A stretch of DNA of 64,000 nt from Bdellovibrionales bacterium (GCA_965203275.1 OZ241865.1:320001-384000), one strand, 5' to 3'. Positions 20,518 to 31,546 are shown, counted from the first letter of the stretch. Notes: generated from the letters alone by a model not told the origin. Translations and numbers: made by a program.

Positions 20518-21207
20518 CTAAAGTCCACTGACTGTATTTTCAAGCTTTTTGTTCTGATCTAAAGTCCACTGATCATCGTAATCGTCGGTGAAATCAGGAT
20601 TACCAATAACCCCTAAATTACCCACTGCTCCTATTCTAAACGTCACTGAACTGCCCTGATTATCTATAGCTAAAGCACCAGAGCGAGGAGAGGTCCATGT
20701 TCCACTTGCACCTATGCAAGCACTTTCTGTCGTGTGTGATGAAATACTACAAGAACCACTTCTTGTTCCTTCAGTTATTTTGATGGAGCCTCCACGAAGA
20801 GATACTCCTGCATATGGAACAAGACAATCTGGACAAGCTGCATGTGTATTGACTATATTTTGATTGCTCGTAGTAGCAAGAGGACCCATATATCCTATTA
20901 ACCGGGTTGTACTGTTAATATTATTATTGACAGCATTCCTTTGAGCTGTAGGCCAACCAACCATATAACGTACATCTCCATTCACATCAAAACCTAGCTG
21001 TTCAAAATTGGACGTGCCATAGTCCCACTCCATAATAAATGATATTTCAGCAGTATAAATATTGGCCAGCATAGTTTTTGCTTCTGCCTGCATAGCCTTT
21101 ACTTTGAACTTCCGATATTGTGGAACAGCAAAAGTGGCCAATAATCCAATAATAGAAACCACCACTAAAAGTTCTATGAGAGAAAATCCTGCTTTATTGA
21201 GTTTCAT
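20518..21207 (-). CDS. Type IVa pilin-like protein
   Basis: AG|FSLIELLVVVSIIGLLA..AVPQY, AMQAEAK, C-terminal F.IGAVG..D.W.LD..K.L. Confidence 0.9.
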   Translation of the reverse strand: MKLNKAGFSLIELLVVVSIIGLLATFAVPQYRKFKVKAMQAEAKTMLANIYTAEISFIMEWDYGTSNFEQLGFDVNGDVRYMVGWPTAQRNAVNNNINSTTRLIGYMGPLATTSNQNIVNTHAACPDCLVPYAGVSLRGGSIKITEGTRSGSCSISSHTTESACIGASGTWTSPRSGALAIDNQGSSVTFRIGAVGNLGVIGNPDFTDDYDDQWTLDQNKKLENTVSGL

Positions 21208-21232
21208 AATAATTAACTCCCTTTCATATATT

Positions 21233-21946
21233 TCATAGACCGCTTTTTACATTTTCAAGGTTTTTATGTTCATCTAAAACCCATTCATCATTGATATCTC
21301 CTCCAAGATTGCCAATAGCTCCAATTACAAAAAATATATAACCACTAGGGTTATTACGTATCGCAGAGGCCCCTTTCCGCCATGCTCTATAATAATTATT
21401 CCAAGTACCACCTGCATTAGTACAAGCATTCGGATTTGCACCTGCTGCACCTTCACCTACACTACATCGACTCGCCCTGGCAGGTGTTATCTCAATAGCA
21501 TTAGCTATATTTGTTGCAGACTTATCGGCACCAGCTCGCACACAAGATGGGCAAAGCTTGTGTGTGTTGACTATATCTTGATTGGTACTAGTAGCAAGAG
21601 GGCCACGATAACCTTGAAGTCCAGCACGACTTGTGACATTGATCTGTAAAGCTCCAGATCCACCACTTCGATTGTTAGGATTCCATCCTACCATATAAGT
21701 AATCTCCCCTTGCCCCATTTCAAAACCCATTTGTTCAAGATTAACTGTACCTAGTCCCCATTCATTTATAAAAGTCATCTCTGCTGCATATATACCTGAC
21801 AAAAGAGTCTTTGCCTCTGACTGCATGGCCTTTCTTTTAAAGCTACTGTATTGAGGAATAGCTATGGTAGCTAAAACACCAATAATAGCCACTGTCACCA
21901 TGACTTCTATTAAAGAAAAACCATCCGATAACTTCAAATGTTTCAT
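21233..21946 (-). CDS. Type IVa pilin-like protein
   Basis: DG|FSLIEVMVTVAIIGVLATIAIPQY; tandem paralog of 20518-21207. Confidence 0.9.
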   Translation of the reverse strand: MKHLKLSDGFSLIEVMVTVAIIGVLATIAIPQYSSFKRKAMQSEAKTLLSGIYAAEMTFINEWGLGTVNLEQMGFEMGQGEITYMVGWNPNNRSGGSGALQINVTSRAGLQGYRGPLATSTNQDIVNTHKLCPSCVRAGADKSATNIANAIEITPARASRCSVGEGAAGANPNACTNAGGTWNNYYRAWRKGASAIRNNPSGYIFFVIGAIGNLGGDINDEWVLDEHKNLENVKSGL

Positions 21947-21999
21947 TTGTTATAAAAACCTTTTTTACATTTTTATAAAGTTAAAAAATAAATTTAATA

Positions 22000-22245
22000 A
22001 TTCCAATGATTTAGCATTGTAATCTTCACATAAGTTATTAAGATAAAGTACGTGTCATTGCTAGCTAGACCTTTGTTAGACTTTTTCACTTCCATTTATA
22101 AATGGAGGGTTTTTAATTTTTTATCTCAACATAACTTTCTTATCGTTTATTATGACACAAAACTTCATACCTTTGTTGAAAAAATCAAATATTTTTATAT
22201 TTTGTATCATAAAGAATCACTTTTTGAATTTTTGTATCATTTTAA
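22000..22245. promoter_or_regulatory. Diverged homolog of the pilin switch segment, opposite orientation relative to its pilin genes
   Basis: Shares ttgttagacttttt, ttcttatcgtttattatgaca, ttttgtatca and aagaatcacttttt with 59-220. 22001-22025 resembles the reverse complement of the pilin-proximal arm of copies 1 and 2. Confidence 0.6.
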
Positions 22246-22279
22246 ATGACTTTGAATGATTTTGAATGACTAAAATAAA

Positions 22280-22355
22280 TGGTAGGGACAGCCGGATTCG
22301 AACCGACGACATCCACTTTGTAAGAGTGACGCTCTACCAACTGAGCTATGTCCCT
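22280..22355 (-). tRNA. tRNA-Val(TAC)
   Basis: Cloverleaf with acceptor AGGGACA/TGTCCCT, D-arm GCTC-AGTTGGTA-GAGC, anticodon loop CT-TAC-AA, T-loop TTCGAAT, encoded CCA. Confidence 0.95.
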
Positions 22356-22360
22356 TGTTT

Positions 22361-22970
22361 TCACTCAAAATGAGCCACACCTCTGGTGTGTTTTTGGGCA
22401 TTGCTCTGACAGCTATCGCTGTCTAAAAAGAGCAATGCCGCAAAAAACTGCTCATTTTGAGTAGGGAGGATCTCCTCGTTTCTTAACATCATGTTAAGGA
22501 AAAAGTTCCTTCTATTATTATCTTACTTTGCAAATCTATCAGGTCAAGCCCTTTTCAGAGAATGGAAAGGTCAATTTATTTTCACTAAAAGTAAACTGAC
22601 CTCTGGTCACTTTTGGGCAGTTAGCCCGACGGCGGTAGCCGTCGGGCTAACTGCCCAAAAGTGACCAGAGGCATGATTTATTTTGAGTGAATTAGAAGCA
22701 TATCTTGTTTCCTTAACATAGTGTCAGAAGCAAGGAGATCCTTCTCTACTCAAAATGAACAAGCTTTTGAGGTAGCCAGCCTTTTACGACGGCGTGAGCC
22801 GTCGGGCTGGCTACCCAAAAGTGGCCAGAGGCCAGTTCATTTTGAGTGAGATGTTAAGGAAACAAGATATCTATTCCCGGTATCAGGCAATCAAGCATCC
22901 CGGGATCTGATGCCTGACTACCGGTTTGCCGGATCCCGGATTCCAGATCCCAGATCCCAGATCACGGGTC
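22361..22970. repeat. Cluster of structured repeats plus GC-rich heptamer repeats
   Basis: Copies at ~22361-22505, 22582-22690 and 22710-22850; ccggatc/ccagatc heptamers at ~22900-22970. Confidence 0.85.
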
Positions 22971-23406
22971 CATACAAAAGGAAAGTATCCTAGCACCTAA
23001 ACATCTATAAAAAATAAAAAATACATGATTTTTTTTAAGTTTTGTTTCAATATAATAATGCTATCTTTAATAACTAACAAATTCTAAATTCAGGGCAATC
23101 AGGCAATCAAAGTATGTAAAAATTATATAAATGTAAACAGAGCGTCAATAAAAAAGTAAATAAATTAAAAAAATATCTTAATTTTTACAAAAATTCTTGC
23201 ATTTTTTTTGAAAATAGTGCATATAAGATAAAAAATAACAGTAAAAAGTTAAAAATTTGATTTCTTTTTTTAGCTTTAATAAATTTAAATTTAGTAAACT
23301 TTAATAAAAATGTAAGCTTTAATAAAAATAAATGTTAGAAAAAACCACAATAAACAATAAAATTAATAAATATAACAATAACAAAACAATAACAAAAGGA
23401 GGAATT

Positions 23407-25068
23407 ATGAAACATTTATTATACACTTTATCATTAACATTTATTTTTGGAAATTTTGCTCAAGCAGCAAATGTACCAAAAGTATTTTGCAGTCATTCTT
23501 ACTGGCCAGCCACTGTATCAGATGTACAAGGTGTTTTAAATAGTCAGTCAGAAGCTGATTTGAATCAATCTTGTGGTGCAGAAGGTCATAGAGCCATTCA
23601 CTTTGCATTAATGCAAAATGCTGACTTTGAAACCATTAAAACTCTTGTAACAAAAGGTGCTGATGTGACAATTAAAAATGCAGCTGGTGAAAATGCTGTT
23701 TACCTTGCTTTGCAACATCCATCTCAAGAGGTTTATCAATATGTCTTAAATGCTGCCACACAAACAAACGGATATCGCACCGCTATTTTAGAGGCTGCCA
23801 TTGAAGAAATCATGACAGAAGAGACGGCTCGATTGCATTCCTTTCAAAACATGCCATCTTTTAATGATCATGCAAACAATGATAGCGAAAACTTTGATTT
23901 GTACATCCAGCAATTAGAAGATAGCATTGAAGAACTTAAAGAAAATGTTGAAACTTTTGAAGCAAGATTAGCTACAGAACAAGTCGAACAAAATAAAAAT
24001 GCATTACAAGACCGGATTAAATACAACAATAAATTATTAACGTATTATACACATTTAATAGAACATTATCAAAATGTAGCTCTACATCAACAGGAACATG
24101 GGCAAAAAGTAGCTGATTATTATACTCAATACTATAGCAATTATACACCTGATCCCTGGCACAGAAATGCTCCTGTCGGTGTTTATGTGTCTTTTGATGT
24201 AGGAACTGTTCTTAAAACCATGTTTGATTTGAATAATACTTCTGATGGTCTTCCTACAAATTGTGATACCTTCTTACCTCCTAGCTCTTTCTCATTACCT
24301 CTCACTCATACAAGTTGTATGAACTATGCAGATCGTTGGAAAACACCTTTTGAAACACAAGTGGGTGTGACAGCAGGTGTGATGTTAGGCTATGGATTTC
24401 AACCTTTCTCTACCGATAAAGTCACTCTCAGAGTTGAGGCAGAATATGCACGTCGTCAAATCAGTGGTAATAATACTTGGTCTTCTGCTGTTTTAGGGCC
24501 AAAAGATTCTGAGTTTGCCTTTACACATGAAAGCTTCTCAGAATTAAACACCAATCAGTACTTTGCAAATATTTATGCAGATTTTCCTAAACTGTTGAGC
24601 AAATTAGGTGCAGGACTTCACAATCTAACACCTTACGTAGGATTTGGTTTTGGTAATCTGGATCCCAATATGGATTACACTTCCGTCTGGTATCGGCATA
24701 AAGAAGGAGAGTCTCTCTCTCGTCAAGGCGTCAATCCTAACGCTGCAGGTACTATTTCTGTCGGAAACTTTAAATTTGAAGGAGATAATTCCCCTGCCAC
24801 ACAATGGATTTTTGGAGCAGACTACACTCTGACTAAAAGAATTAAACTAGGGCTTAGAGTACGTATGATGCAAATCCATCAAGAATTTACATCAAGTGAT
24901 CATTATTGGCAGCTTTTAAGAAACCATCAATCAAGGACATCTCCTCACAACGGTCGTCCTATCACTTATAACACCAGTGTAGATGAATTAAACTTTTCTG
25001 ATGTCACTATGCAGTTAAAAGTTTTCTTAGGTAAAAGGAGCAAAAAACCTACTCGTACCTCATTTTAA
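23407..25068 (+). CDS. Secreted protein: ankyrin repeats + coiled coil + probable outer-membrane beta-barrel
   Basis: RBS aggagga and signal peptide AQA|A; ankyrin G.RAIHFA...LVTKGADVTIKNAAGENA; barrel-type strands GYGF, RVEAEY, FANIYADF, TPYVGFGFG, QWIFGADY. Confidence 0.7.
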   Translation: MKHLLYTLSLTFIFGNFAQAANVPKVFCSHSYWPATVSDVQGVLNSQSEADLNQSCGAEGHRAIHFALMQNADFETIKTLVTKGADVTIKNAAGENAVYLALQHPSQEVYQYVLNAATQTNGYRTAILEAAIEEIMTEETARLHSFQNMPSFNDHANNDSENFDLYIQQLEDSIEELKENVETFEARLATEQVEQNKNALQDRIKYNNKLLTYYTHLIEHYQNVALHQQEHGQKVADYYTQYYSNYTPDPWHRNAPVGVYVSFDVGTVLKTMFDLNNTSDGLPTNCDTFLPPSSFSLPLTHTSCMNYADRWKTPFETQVGVTAGVMLGYGFQPFSTDKVTLRVEAEYARRQISGNNTWSSAVLGPKDSEFAFTHESFSELNTNQYFANIYADFPKLLSKLGAGLHNLTPYVGFGFGNLDPNMDYTSVWYRHKEGESLSRQGVNPNAAGTISVGNFKFEGDNSPATQWIFGADYTLTKRIKLGLRVRMMQIHQEFTSSDHYWQLLRNHQSRTSPHNGRPITYNTSVDELNFSDVTMQLKVFLGKRSKKPTRTSF

Positions 25069-25086
25069 TCCATCGTATGGTTTGGT

Positions 25087-26083
25087 TCACTAAAAGTGAA
25101 CGGACTTTTGAGGCAATGACCATTTTATCGACGGCTACCGCCGTCGTAAAAGGCTAGCTACCTCAAAAGCTTGTTCATTTTGAGTAGAGGAGGATCCTTT
25201 TATTCCTTTACAGCATGTTAAGGAAACAAGATATGTTTCTAAAATGTTTTTAAGGAGTACGGCTCTGCCTGCAATAAAAGAACTTTTTCCTTAACATTTC
25301 ACTCAAAATGAACTGGCCTCTGGCCACTTTTGGGTAGCTAGCCCGACGGCTACCGCCGTCGTAAAAGGCTAGCTACCTCAAAAGCTTGTTCATTTTGAGT
25401 AGAGGAGGATCTTTTTATTCCTTTACAGCATGTTAAGGAAACAAGATATGTTTCTAAAATGTTTTTAAGGAGTACGGCTCTGCCTGCAATAAAAGAACTT
25501 TTTCCTTAACATTTCACTCAAAATGAACTGGCCTCTGGCCACTTTTGGGTAGCTAGCCCGACGGCTACCGCCGTCGTAAAAGGCTAGCTACCTCAAAAGC
25601 TTGTTCATTTTGAGTAGAGGAGGATCCTTTTATTCCTTTACAGCATGTTAAGGAAACAAGATATGTTTCTAAAATGTTTTTAAGGAGTACGGCTCTGCCT
25701 GCAATAAAAGAACTTTTTCCTTAACATGTGGTCAAGAGACGAAGAGATCCTCCTTACTAAAAGTGGTCAGGCTTTCTAGGTTGCCAGCTTTTGAGAAGGC
25801 GAATAGCCTTCGGCTGGCAACCAGAAAGTGACCAGAGGTCAGACCACTTTTAGTGAACCAAAAACATCTTGTTTCATTAACATCGTGTTCTTCTGGGATC
25901 CGGGAACCGGGATCCGGCAACCCGGCATCAGAAAGAACTCTTTTTCCTTAACATGGTGTAAAAAAACGAGGAGATCCTCCCTACTCAAAATGAGCAGTTT
26001 TTTGCGGCATTGCTCTTTTTAGACAGCGTAAGCTGTCAGAGCAATGCCCAAAAACACACCAGAGGTGTGGCTCATTTTGAGTG
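25087..26083. repeat. Structured repeat cluster including a 215-bp unit repeated ~2.8x
   Basis: cgacggctaccgccgtcg at 25129, 25344 and 25559; reverse-orientation copies at ~25715-25856 and 25943-26083. Confidence 0.9.
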
Positions 26084-26171
26084 CGACAGACCTAAAGTCC
26101 AAACTATATTTTTTTTGAAAAAAACTATGCGAAAGGATATATTTTTTATATTTTTGTGTTAAAATAGTTAT

Positions 26172-27014
26172 ATGGAGCAAAAAACAATCATTTATATATC
26201 TATAGCAAGTATTTTATGTTTACTGGGGGTTTTTTACTTTTATAAGAGTTCATCCCCAGTAGATATAGATCAAGATATGGAAGATGCAAACTTCACTCTG
26301 TCAAAAGGAGCATTAGAGCAAGCTAGCCGAGTCCCTTCCCAAGAGACAAAAAAAAATCTACCTCTTATATTAGAAGACCCTGAAGAAGAAATTAACTTAG
26401 ATGATTATGACAGGGAAGATATAGATGAATTTTTAAACAAACATTATCCTTCCCCCAATGCTGATTATCTATGGCAAGCAGTACAAGATGACAGTGGTCA
26501 GATCACAGGATGGGTTGGTGACGGGGATGTTTCTTCATCTGATGGAATATGGGGATGGGCTAAAGAGTTAGCTCCTCTTTTTGGTGTCACACCAAATCAA
26601 ATAGCTCAACCTCAAGTCTCTGATGCAGGTACTATAGGTACTAACTACTACCTTCAACAGGTTGTCAATGGTTATGAGGTTTATGGTGCTGCTCTACAGG
26701 TCTTTGTAAATAAACAAACAGGACGCGTTTATCAAATCAATGATCATTTAAGAGAAGTCCGTGAATTTGACACAACAATACAAGTTTCAAGAGAAGAAGC
26801 CAGACAAAAGGCTATTGATCATTTTCAAGGAGATAGCCCTCAAGAGATCAATCCTAGCAAGTATCCAAATCCCCAGCTTTATGTAGGACGAGATAACTCT
26901 CAACAGCTCGGATGGATATTCGATATTAAAACAGATAACAATGTCATGAACGTTATTGTCGGAGCTATAGATGGCCAAATATTATTTAGTCAAGGCACCC
27001 GCATTTTCCACTAA
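26172..27014 (+). CDS. Membrane-anchored FTP/PepSY (M4-peptidase propeptide-like) protein without catalytic domain
   Basis: N-terminal TM; YYLQQVVNGYEVYGAALQV (FTP-like); VSREEARQKA..IVGAIDGQIL (PepSY-like); no HEXXH. Confidence 0.6.
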   Translation: MEQKTIIYISIASILCLLGVFYFYKSSSPVDIDQDMEDANFTLSKGALEQASRVPSQETKKNLPLILEDPEEEINLDDYDREDIDEFLNKHYPSPNADYLWQAVQDDSGQITGWVGDGDVSSSDGIWGWAKELAPLFGVTPNQIAQPQVSDAGTIGTNYYLQQVVNGYEVYGAALQVFVNKQTGRVYQINDHLREVREFDTTIQVSREEARQKAIDHFQGDSPQEINPSKYPNPQLYVGRDNSQQLGWIFDIKTDNNVMNVIVGAIDGQILFSQGTRIFH

Positions 27015-27077
27015 AAATCAATATATTTCTTATTATTTCAGGATGCTCAAATCTCAAATATTATAGAATTTCACAGC

Positions 27078-28355
27078 TTATATAATATTTTTGTTAAAAG
27101 TTTTAGAAGGGGGAGAGGATTCCATATAGAGAGGAAAAGACTGGCTGAGTTGTTTGACCTCTTGCTTTATAGATTGCAATTTTTCTTTATGGTCTATACA
27201 GTGGATAGCTTTATGGATCCAAGAAGCAATGCATTTCATCTCTGTGGAACCCATGCCTCTTGTGGTTAAAGCTGGTGTTCCAATTCTTATACCACTTGTC
27301 ACAAAAGGAGATCTTTTTTCATTAGGGACAGTATTTTTATTCACTGTGATGCCTGCCATACCTAGAGCTTTTTCCGCAACTTTACCTGTGATCTCCGTAC
27401 GTGATAAGTCTAATAGCAAGAGATGATTGTCTGTCCCTCCTGTGACCAAATCAAAATTTTTATTCAAAAGCTCATCGGCTAAAATTTGAGCATTGTCTAT
27501 GACTTTTTGTGTGTATGCTTTAAACTCAGAGGTCAGAGCCTCTTTAAAGGCAACTGCTTTAGCTGCAATGACATGTTCTAAAGGGCCTCCCTGTAGACCA
27601 GGGAAAATCTTTGAATTGATTTTTCGAGCGTTTTCTTCTGTTTGAGTTAAGATCAATCCCCCCCGAGGTCCACGTAAGGTTTTATGTGTTGTGCTGGTGA
27701 TAAAATCAGCTACATCTACAGGGGAGTCATGCACTCCGCCTGCTACGAGTCCTGCAAAGTGAGCCATGTCCACGAGCAGAGTTGCTCCCACCTCAGAAGC
27801 TATTTCCTTAAATTTTACAAAGTCTAATTGACGGGGGTAGGCACTATAGCCTGCAATCAAAATATGAGGCTTATATTCTTTAGCTAAGGCACGAATATGA
27901 TCATAGTTAAGAAGATTTGTTTGAGGGTCTAACCCATAAGAAACTACAGAAAAAAGTAACCCACTGAAATTAACAGGAGATCCATGAGTTAAGTGACCTC
28001 CATGACAAAGGTCCATCCCCATAATCACATCCCCTGGCTTGGCCACAGCAAGATAGGTTGCCATATTGGCTTGTGACCCTGAATGGGGTTGTACATTTGC
28101 ATAAGCTACATTAAAAAGCTCTTTTGCTCTATCAATAGCTATTTGTTCTATTTGATCTATAAATTGGCAACCTCCATAATATCTCCGCCGGGGATACCCT
28201 TCTGCATATTTATTAGTTAAAATAGAACCTTGAGCCTGCATGACTGCGTCAGAGACATAATTTTCAGAAGCAATCATCTCTAACCCATGTAGCTGTCTTA
28301 TTTTTTCTTGTTCAATAGCCTCTTGAATTTGGAAGTCTGTTTGTTTTAAATCCAT
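27078..28355 (-). CDS. glyA: Serine hydroxymethyltransferase
   Basis: [42 protein letters not shown]. Confidence 0.98.
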   Translation of the reverse strand: MDLKQTDFQIQEAIEQEKIRQLHGLEMIASENYVSDAVMQAQGSILTNKYAEGYPRRRYYGGCQFIDQIEQIAIDRAKELFNVAYANVQPHSGSQANMATYLAVAKPGDVIMGMDLCHGGHLTHGSPVNFSGLLFSVVSYGLDPQTNLLNYDHIRALAKEYKPHILIAGYSAYPRQLDFVKFKEIASEVGATLLVDMAHFAGLVAGGVHDSPVDVADFITSTTHKTLRGPRGGLILTQTEENARKINSKIFPGLQGGPLEHVIAAKAVAFKEALTSEFKAYTQKVIDNAQILADELLNKNFDLVTGGTDNHLLLLDLSRTEITGKVAEKALGMAGITVNKNTVPNEKRSPFVTSGIRIGTPALTTRGMGSTEMKCIASWIHKAIHCIDHKEKLQSIKQEVKQLSQSFPLYMESSPPSKTFNKNII

Positions 28356-28538
28356 AAATTCTCTTTTTAAATAGCTTTAGTTTTATTTTTTTTTGTATAC
28401 TTAAAATAAATCTTTTTATTTGATTATTTTTGATTATTGACAAATGAGTTTACAAGTAGAGTTTAAACATTTTAGCATAGAAGTAAAGTTATTTCAAGAT
28501 TTTATGGATGGCCAATATACAAATAAAAACTTTATTGT

Positions 28539-29342
28539 TTGAAGCTTCTTATGAAAAAATATAATTTTTGGTTTTATTTGCTTGTCTTTTCAAGTGTGTT
28601 TATACACACAGCTTGCAGTCATAAGTCTCAACGTAGAGTCCATCAAACAAATCTTCATTTACAACTAGGCAGTCAATTTTTAAGTGCGGGTAATTATCCA
28701 GCAGCTTTTAGGCAATTGACTAGAGCTAAAGATTTACATCCTAATGACCCTGTAGTACATAATCTTTTGGCCTTAACTTACACTGCTAGAAATAAATTTC
28801 AGTTAGCAGAAACTTATTTTAAAAGGGCTTTACAATTAGATCCCCAATATTCAGAAGCTAGAAATAACTTAGGCCGTCTGTATATTCGACTCAAAAGATA
28901 CCCCAGTGCTATCCGAGAGATTAAAAAGGCTATGGAAGATCTCAAGTACCATTCACCAGAAAAAAGTCATGTCAATTTAGGAATAGTGTATTACGTGACA
29001 GATCGACTTCATTTAGCAGAAGAGAATTTTTTACAAGCTCTTGAATTAAATAATAAATATTGTCCTGGATACATTTTTCATGGGAAAACACTTTTAAAAC
29101 AAAGGAAATTTCAACAAGCTTCTACGACCTTTGATGATGCTATCAAGGTTTGTGATAATTTTGATGAGCCTTTTTATTATAGTGGATTAAGCCATTGGCA
29201 TGCAGGTTCTAAAGCGAAGGCTAAAGTGAGATTTGAAAACCTCTTAACTATTTACCCTCAAACAAAATATCGTAACAAAACTCAAATATATCTTAACAAA
29301 TACTTTGCTGAAAACAAAACAGCTCCACAAAATGCTTACTAA
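28539..29342 (+). CDS. Type IV pilus TPR lipoprotein (PilF/PilW/Tgl-like pilotin)
   Basis: Lipobox HTAC; TPRs EARNNLG..Y; Y.SPEK.HVNLG signature. Confidence 0.75.
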   Translation: MKLLMKKYNFWFYLLVFSSVFIHTACSHKSQRRVHQTNLHLQLGSQFLSAGNYPAAFRQLTRAKDLHPNDPVVHNLLALTYTARNKFQLAETYFKRALQLDPQYSEARNNLGRLYIRLKRYPSAIREIKKAMEDLKYHSPEKSHVNLGIVYYVTDRLHLAEENFLQALELNNKYCPGYIFHGKTLLKQRKFQQASTTFDDAIKVCDNFDEPFYYSGLSHWHAGSKAKAKVRFENLLTIYPQTKYRNKTQIYLNKYFAENKTAPQNAY

Positions 29343-29408
29343 ATGAAATTATAAGTAAGTTAAACTTTGATGATTTGAAAGCCTCAAAATCTATAAATTC
29401 TAAAGAAT

Positions 29409-30662
29409 TTAAGTCTTATCTTGACAAGCTTTTAAAAAAGCCAAAGCTTCTTTTTTACTTTGCACTTTATTATTTAGTTGGGCTTTTCTTAAAGCTTTAA
29501 GCATATATCCTAAACGTTGACCTGAGGGAAACCCCATGGCTTTTAAATCATGCCCTGAAAAAAAATGTGGGGGTAGTTGTGGGTAATCTTGTTTTATTTG
29601 AGAAAGCTTATTTAAAATATCTTTTCTTTCAAATGTTTTAAGCAAAGAACAAATGTCTTCAAAATGAGGATCAGCGACAATCTGTCTGAAATCAGCTAAA
29701 GATTTATTTTCTATGCCGTCTCTGACAAGACAAGACAAAGATAAAATCCAATGGATATTTTTGTCAGACATCTTTATTTTTTTAAAAAAAACTTTTGTAT
29801 ATTTAAGAGGCCAATGATAGGTCATAGCTGCTAAGCGGGCATTGAGAGAGCCATAAAGAGTGATCACAGGCCATTGCAAACAGGGAAGATCTACACCTTT
29901 TAAAAAAGCATCAAAAAGATTTGTGGATTCGAGCAATTCAAGTCCTTTTTGATGGTTTGGGGCCATCAAAGTTTTAGAAAGTTCTTGTTTGATACGCTCT
30001 ATGCTCACCAAAGTGATTTGAGATCTTTTAACTTTAATGGCTTTAAGTGTTTTACTTTCTATGTTCCAATTGAGTTGAGCAGCAAAACGGATGGCACGCA
30101 ATAACCTTAAAGCATCTTCTGAGAATCGTTCTTCGGCTATGCCAATGGCTCGGATTTGTTTCTGCACAATATCTTTATAGCCTTCTACAAAATCCATTAG
30201 TTTATTATTGAGTGTATCAAAAAACAAACCATTGCAGGTAAAGTCTCTTCTCTGTGCATCTGTTTCAGGTGTTGCAGATGTGATTTGTTCAGGGTGTCTT
30301 CCATCTTTATAATCACCGTCGCTTCGGAAAGAAGTGATTTCATAATCTTGAGTGTTTCCGCATACAATGATTGTGCCGAAGGCTTTCCCCACAGAAAGTG
30401 TCTTAGGAAAAAGCTTTTCTATATCAGAAGCCAGAGCATCTGTTGCAAAGTCAATATCTGTAGGTGTTATACCGCATAAGGCATCTCGCAGGCAACCTCC
30501 TACAAGCCATGCCTTATAGCCAGCTTTATTAAAATGTTGAACAATATATTGAATATCGGGCCATTGTGGTAAAGATTGAAAAAACAATAAAAGGTCTGTT
30601 GAATGAAAAGTCATTTTTTTATTCATGGCATACATATTTTTATTTGTCAAACTACAAAACAA
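29409..30662 (-). CDS. cca: CCA tRNA nucleotidyltransferase
   Basis: VGGCLRD..G..PTDIDFAT, RRDFTCN, EDALRLLRAIRF, SIERI..EL. Confidence 0.9.
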   Translation of the reverse strand: MFCSLTNKNMYAMNKKMTFHSTDLLLFFQSLPQWPDIQYIVQHFNKAGYKAWLVGGCLRDALCGITPTDIDFATDALASDIEKLFPKTLSVGKAFGTIIVCGNTQDYEITSFRSDGDYKDGRHPEQITSATPETDAQRRDFTCNGLFFDTLNNKLMDFVEGYKDIVQKQIRAIGIAEERFSEDALRLLRAIRFAAQLNWNIESKTLKAIKVKRSQITLVSIERIKQELSKTLMAPNHQKGLELLESTNLFDAFLKGVDLPCLQWPVITLYGSLNARLAAMTYHWPLKYTKVFFKKIKMSDKNIHWILSLSCLVRDGIENKSLADFRQIVADPHFEDICSLLKTFERKDILNKLSQIKQDYPQLPPHFFSGHDLKAMGFPSGQRLGYMLKALRKAQLNNKVQSKKEALAFLKACQDKT

Positions 30663-30721
30663 TCATGTATAGCCAGAGGCTTTAGTAATGATAAAGAGAG
30701 CTTTTTTTAACATCGTATTTA

Positions 30722-31430
30722 TCCGGGATCTGGGATCCCGGGATCCGGGATCTGGCAACCCGGCATCAAAAGGAACTCTTTTTCCTTAACATTTCACTCA
30801 AAATGAGCCACACCTCTGGTGTGTTTTTGGGCATTGCTCTGACAGCTATCGCTGTCCAAAAAGAGCAATGCCTCAAAAATCTGCTCATTTTGAGTAGGGC
30901 GGATCTCCTTGCTTCTGACACCATGTTAGGGAAAATTTCTTTTATTACCTCAAGGGCAAGCGGATTTACGAATGAAGGACTTTTTCCTTAACATCGTGTA
31001 AAGAGACAAGAGGATTCTTCCTACTAAAAATAAACGGATTTTTGAGGCAATCAGCCTTTGATCGACGGCGAGAGCCGTCGGAAGGTGTAAGAAAGAACGT
31101 TTTCCTTAACATGGAGTTAAGGAACGAAGATATCCTTCCTACTAAAAGTGGTCAAGCTTTCTAGGCAATGACCATTTTGTCAATGGCGAAAGCCATTGCG
31201 GTCATTGCCCAAGGTGTAAGAAAGAACTTTTTCCTTAACATGTGGTCAAGAGACGAAGAGATCCTTCTTCCTAAAATTGAACAAGCTTTTGAGGTAGCCA
31301 GCCTTTGATCGACGACGACAGTCGTCGGGCTGGCTATCCAAAAGTGACCAGAGGTCAGTTCAATTTTAGGGAAACAGAGGCATGATGCATTTTGAGTGAA
31401 AATGACGGCTGGTTTACTTTTAGTGAAACA
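30722..31430. repeat. Heptamer repeats plus structured repeat cluster
   Basis: ccgggatc heptamers at 30722-30768; full and partial structured units at 30795-31430 in both orientations. Confidence 0.85.
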
Positions 31431-31546
31431 AATGATGTATTTAGACAAAAGAGTCCCTTGTGGTCTCTTTTTTTATTTAAAGTTTAAAGATTTGATTGTC
31501 TTTTTATTTATACCATAATAGTCTTTTAAAAAATAAGGGGGATATT

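Noticed and set aside
22052..22249. 65-aa ORF upstream of the pilin pair
   Set aside because: It is AT-rich non-coding DNA homologous to the switch segment, with no RBS support.
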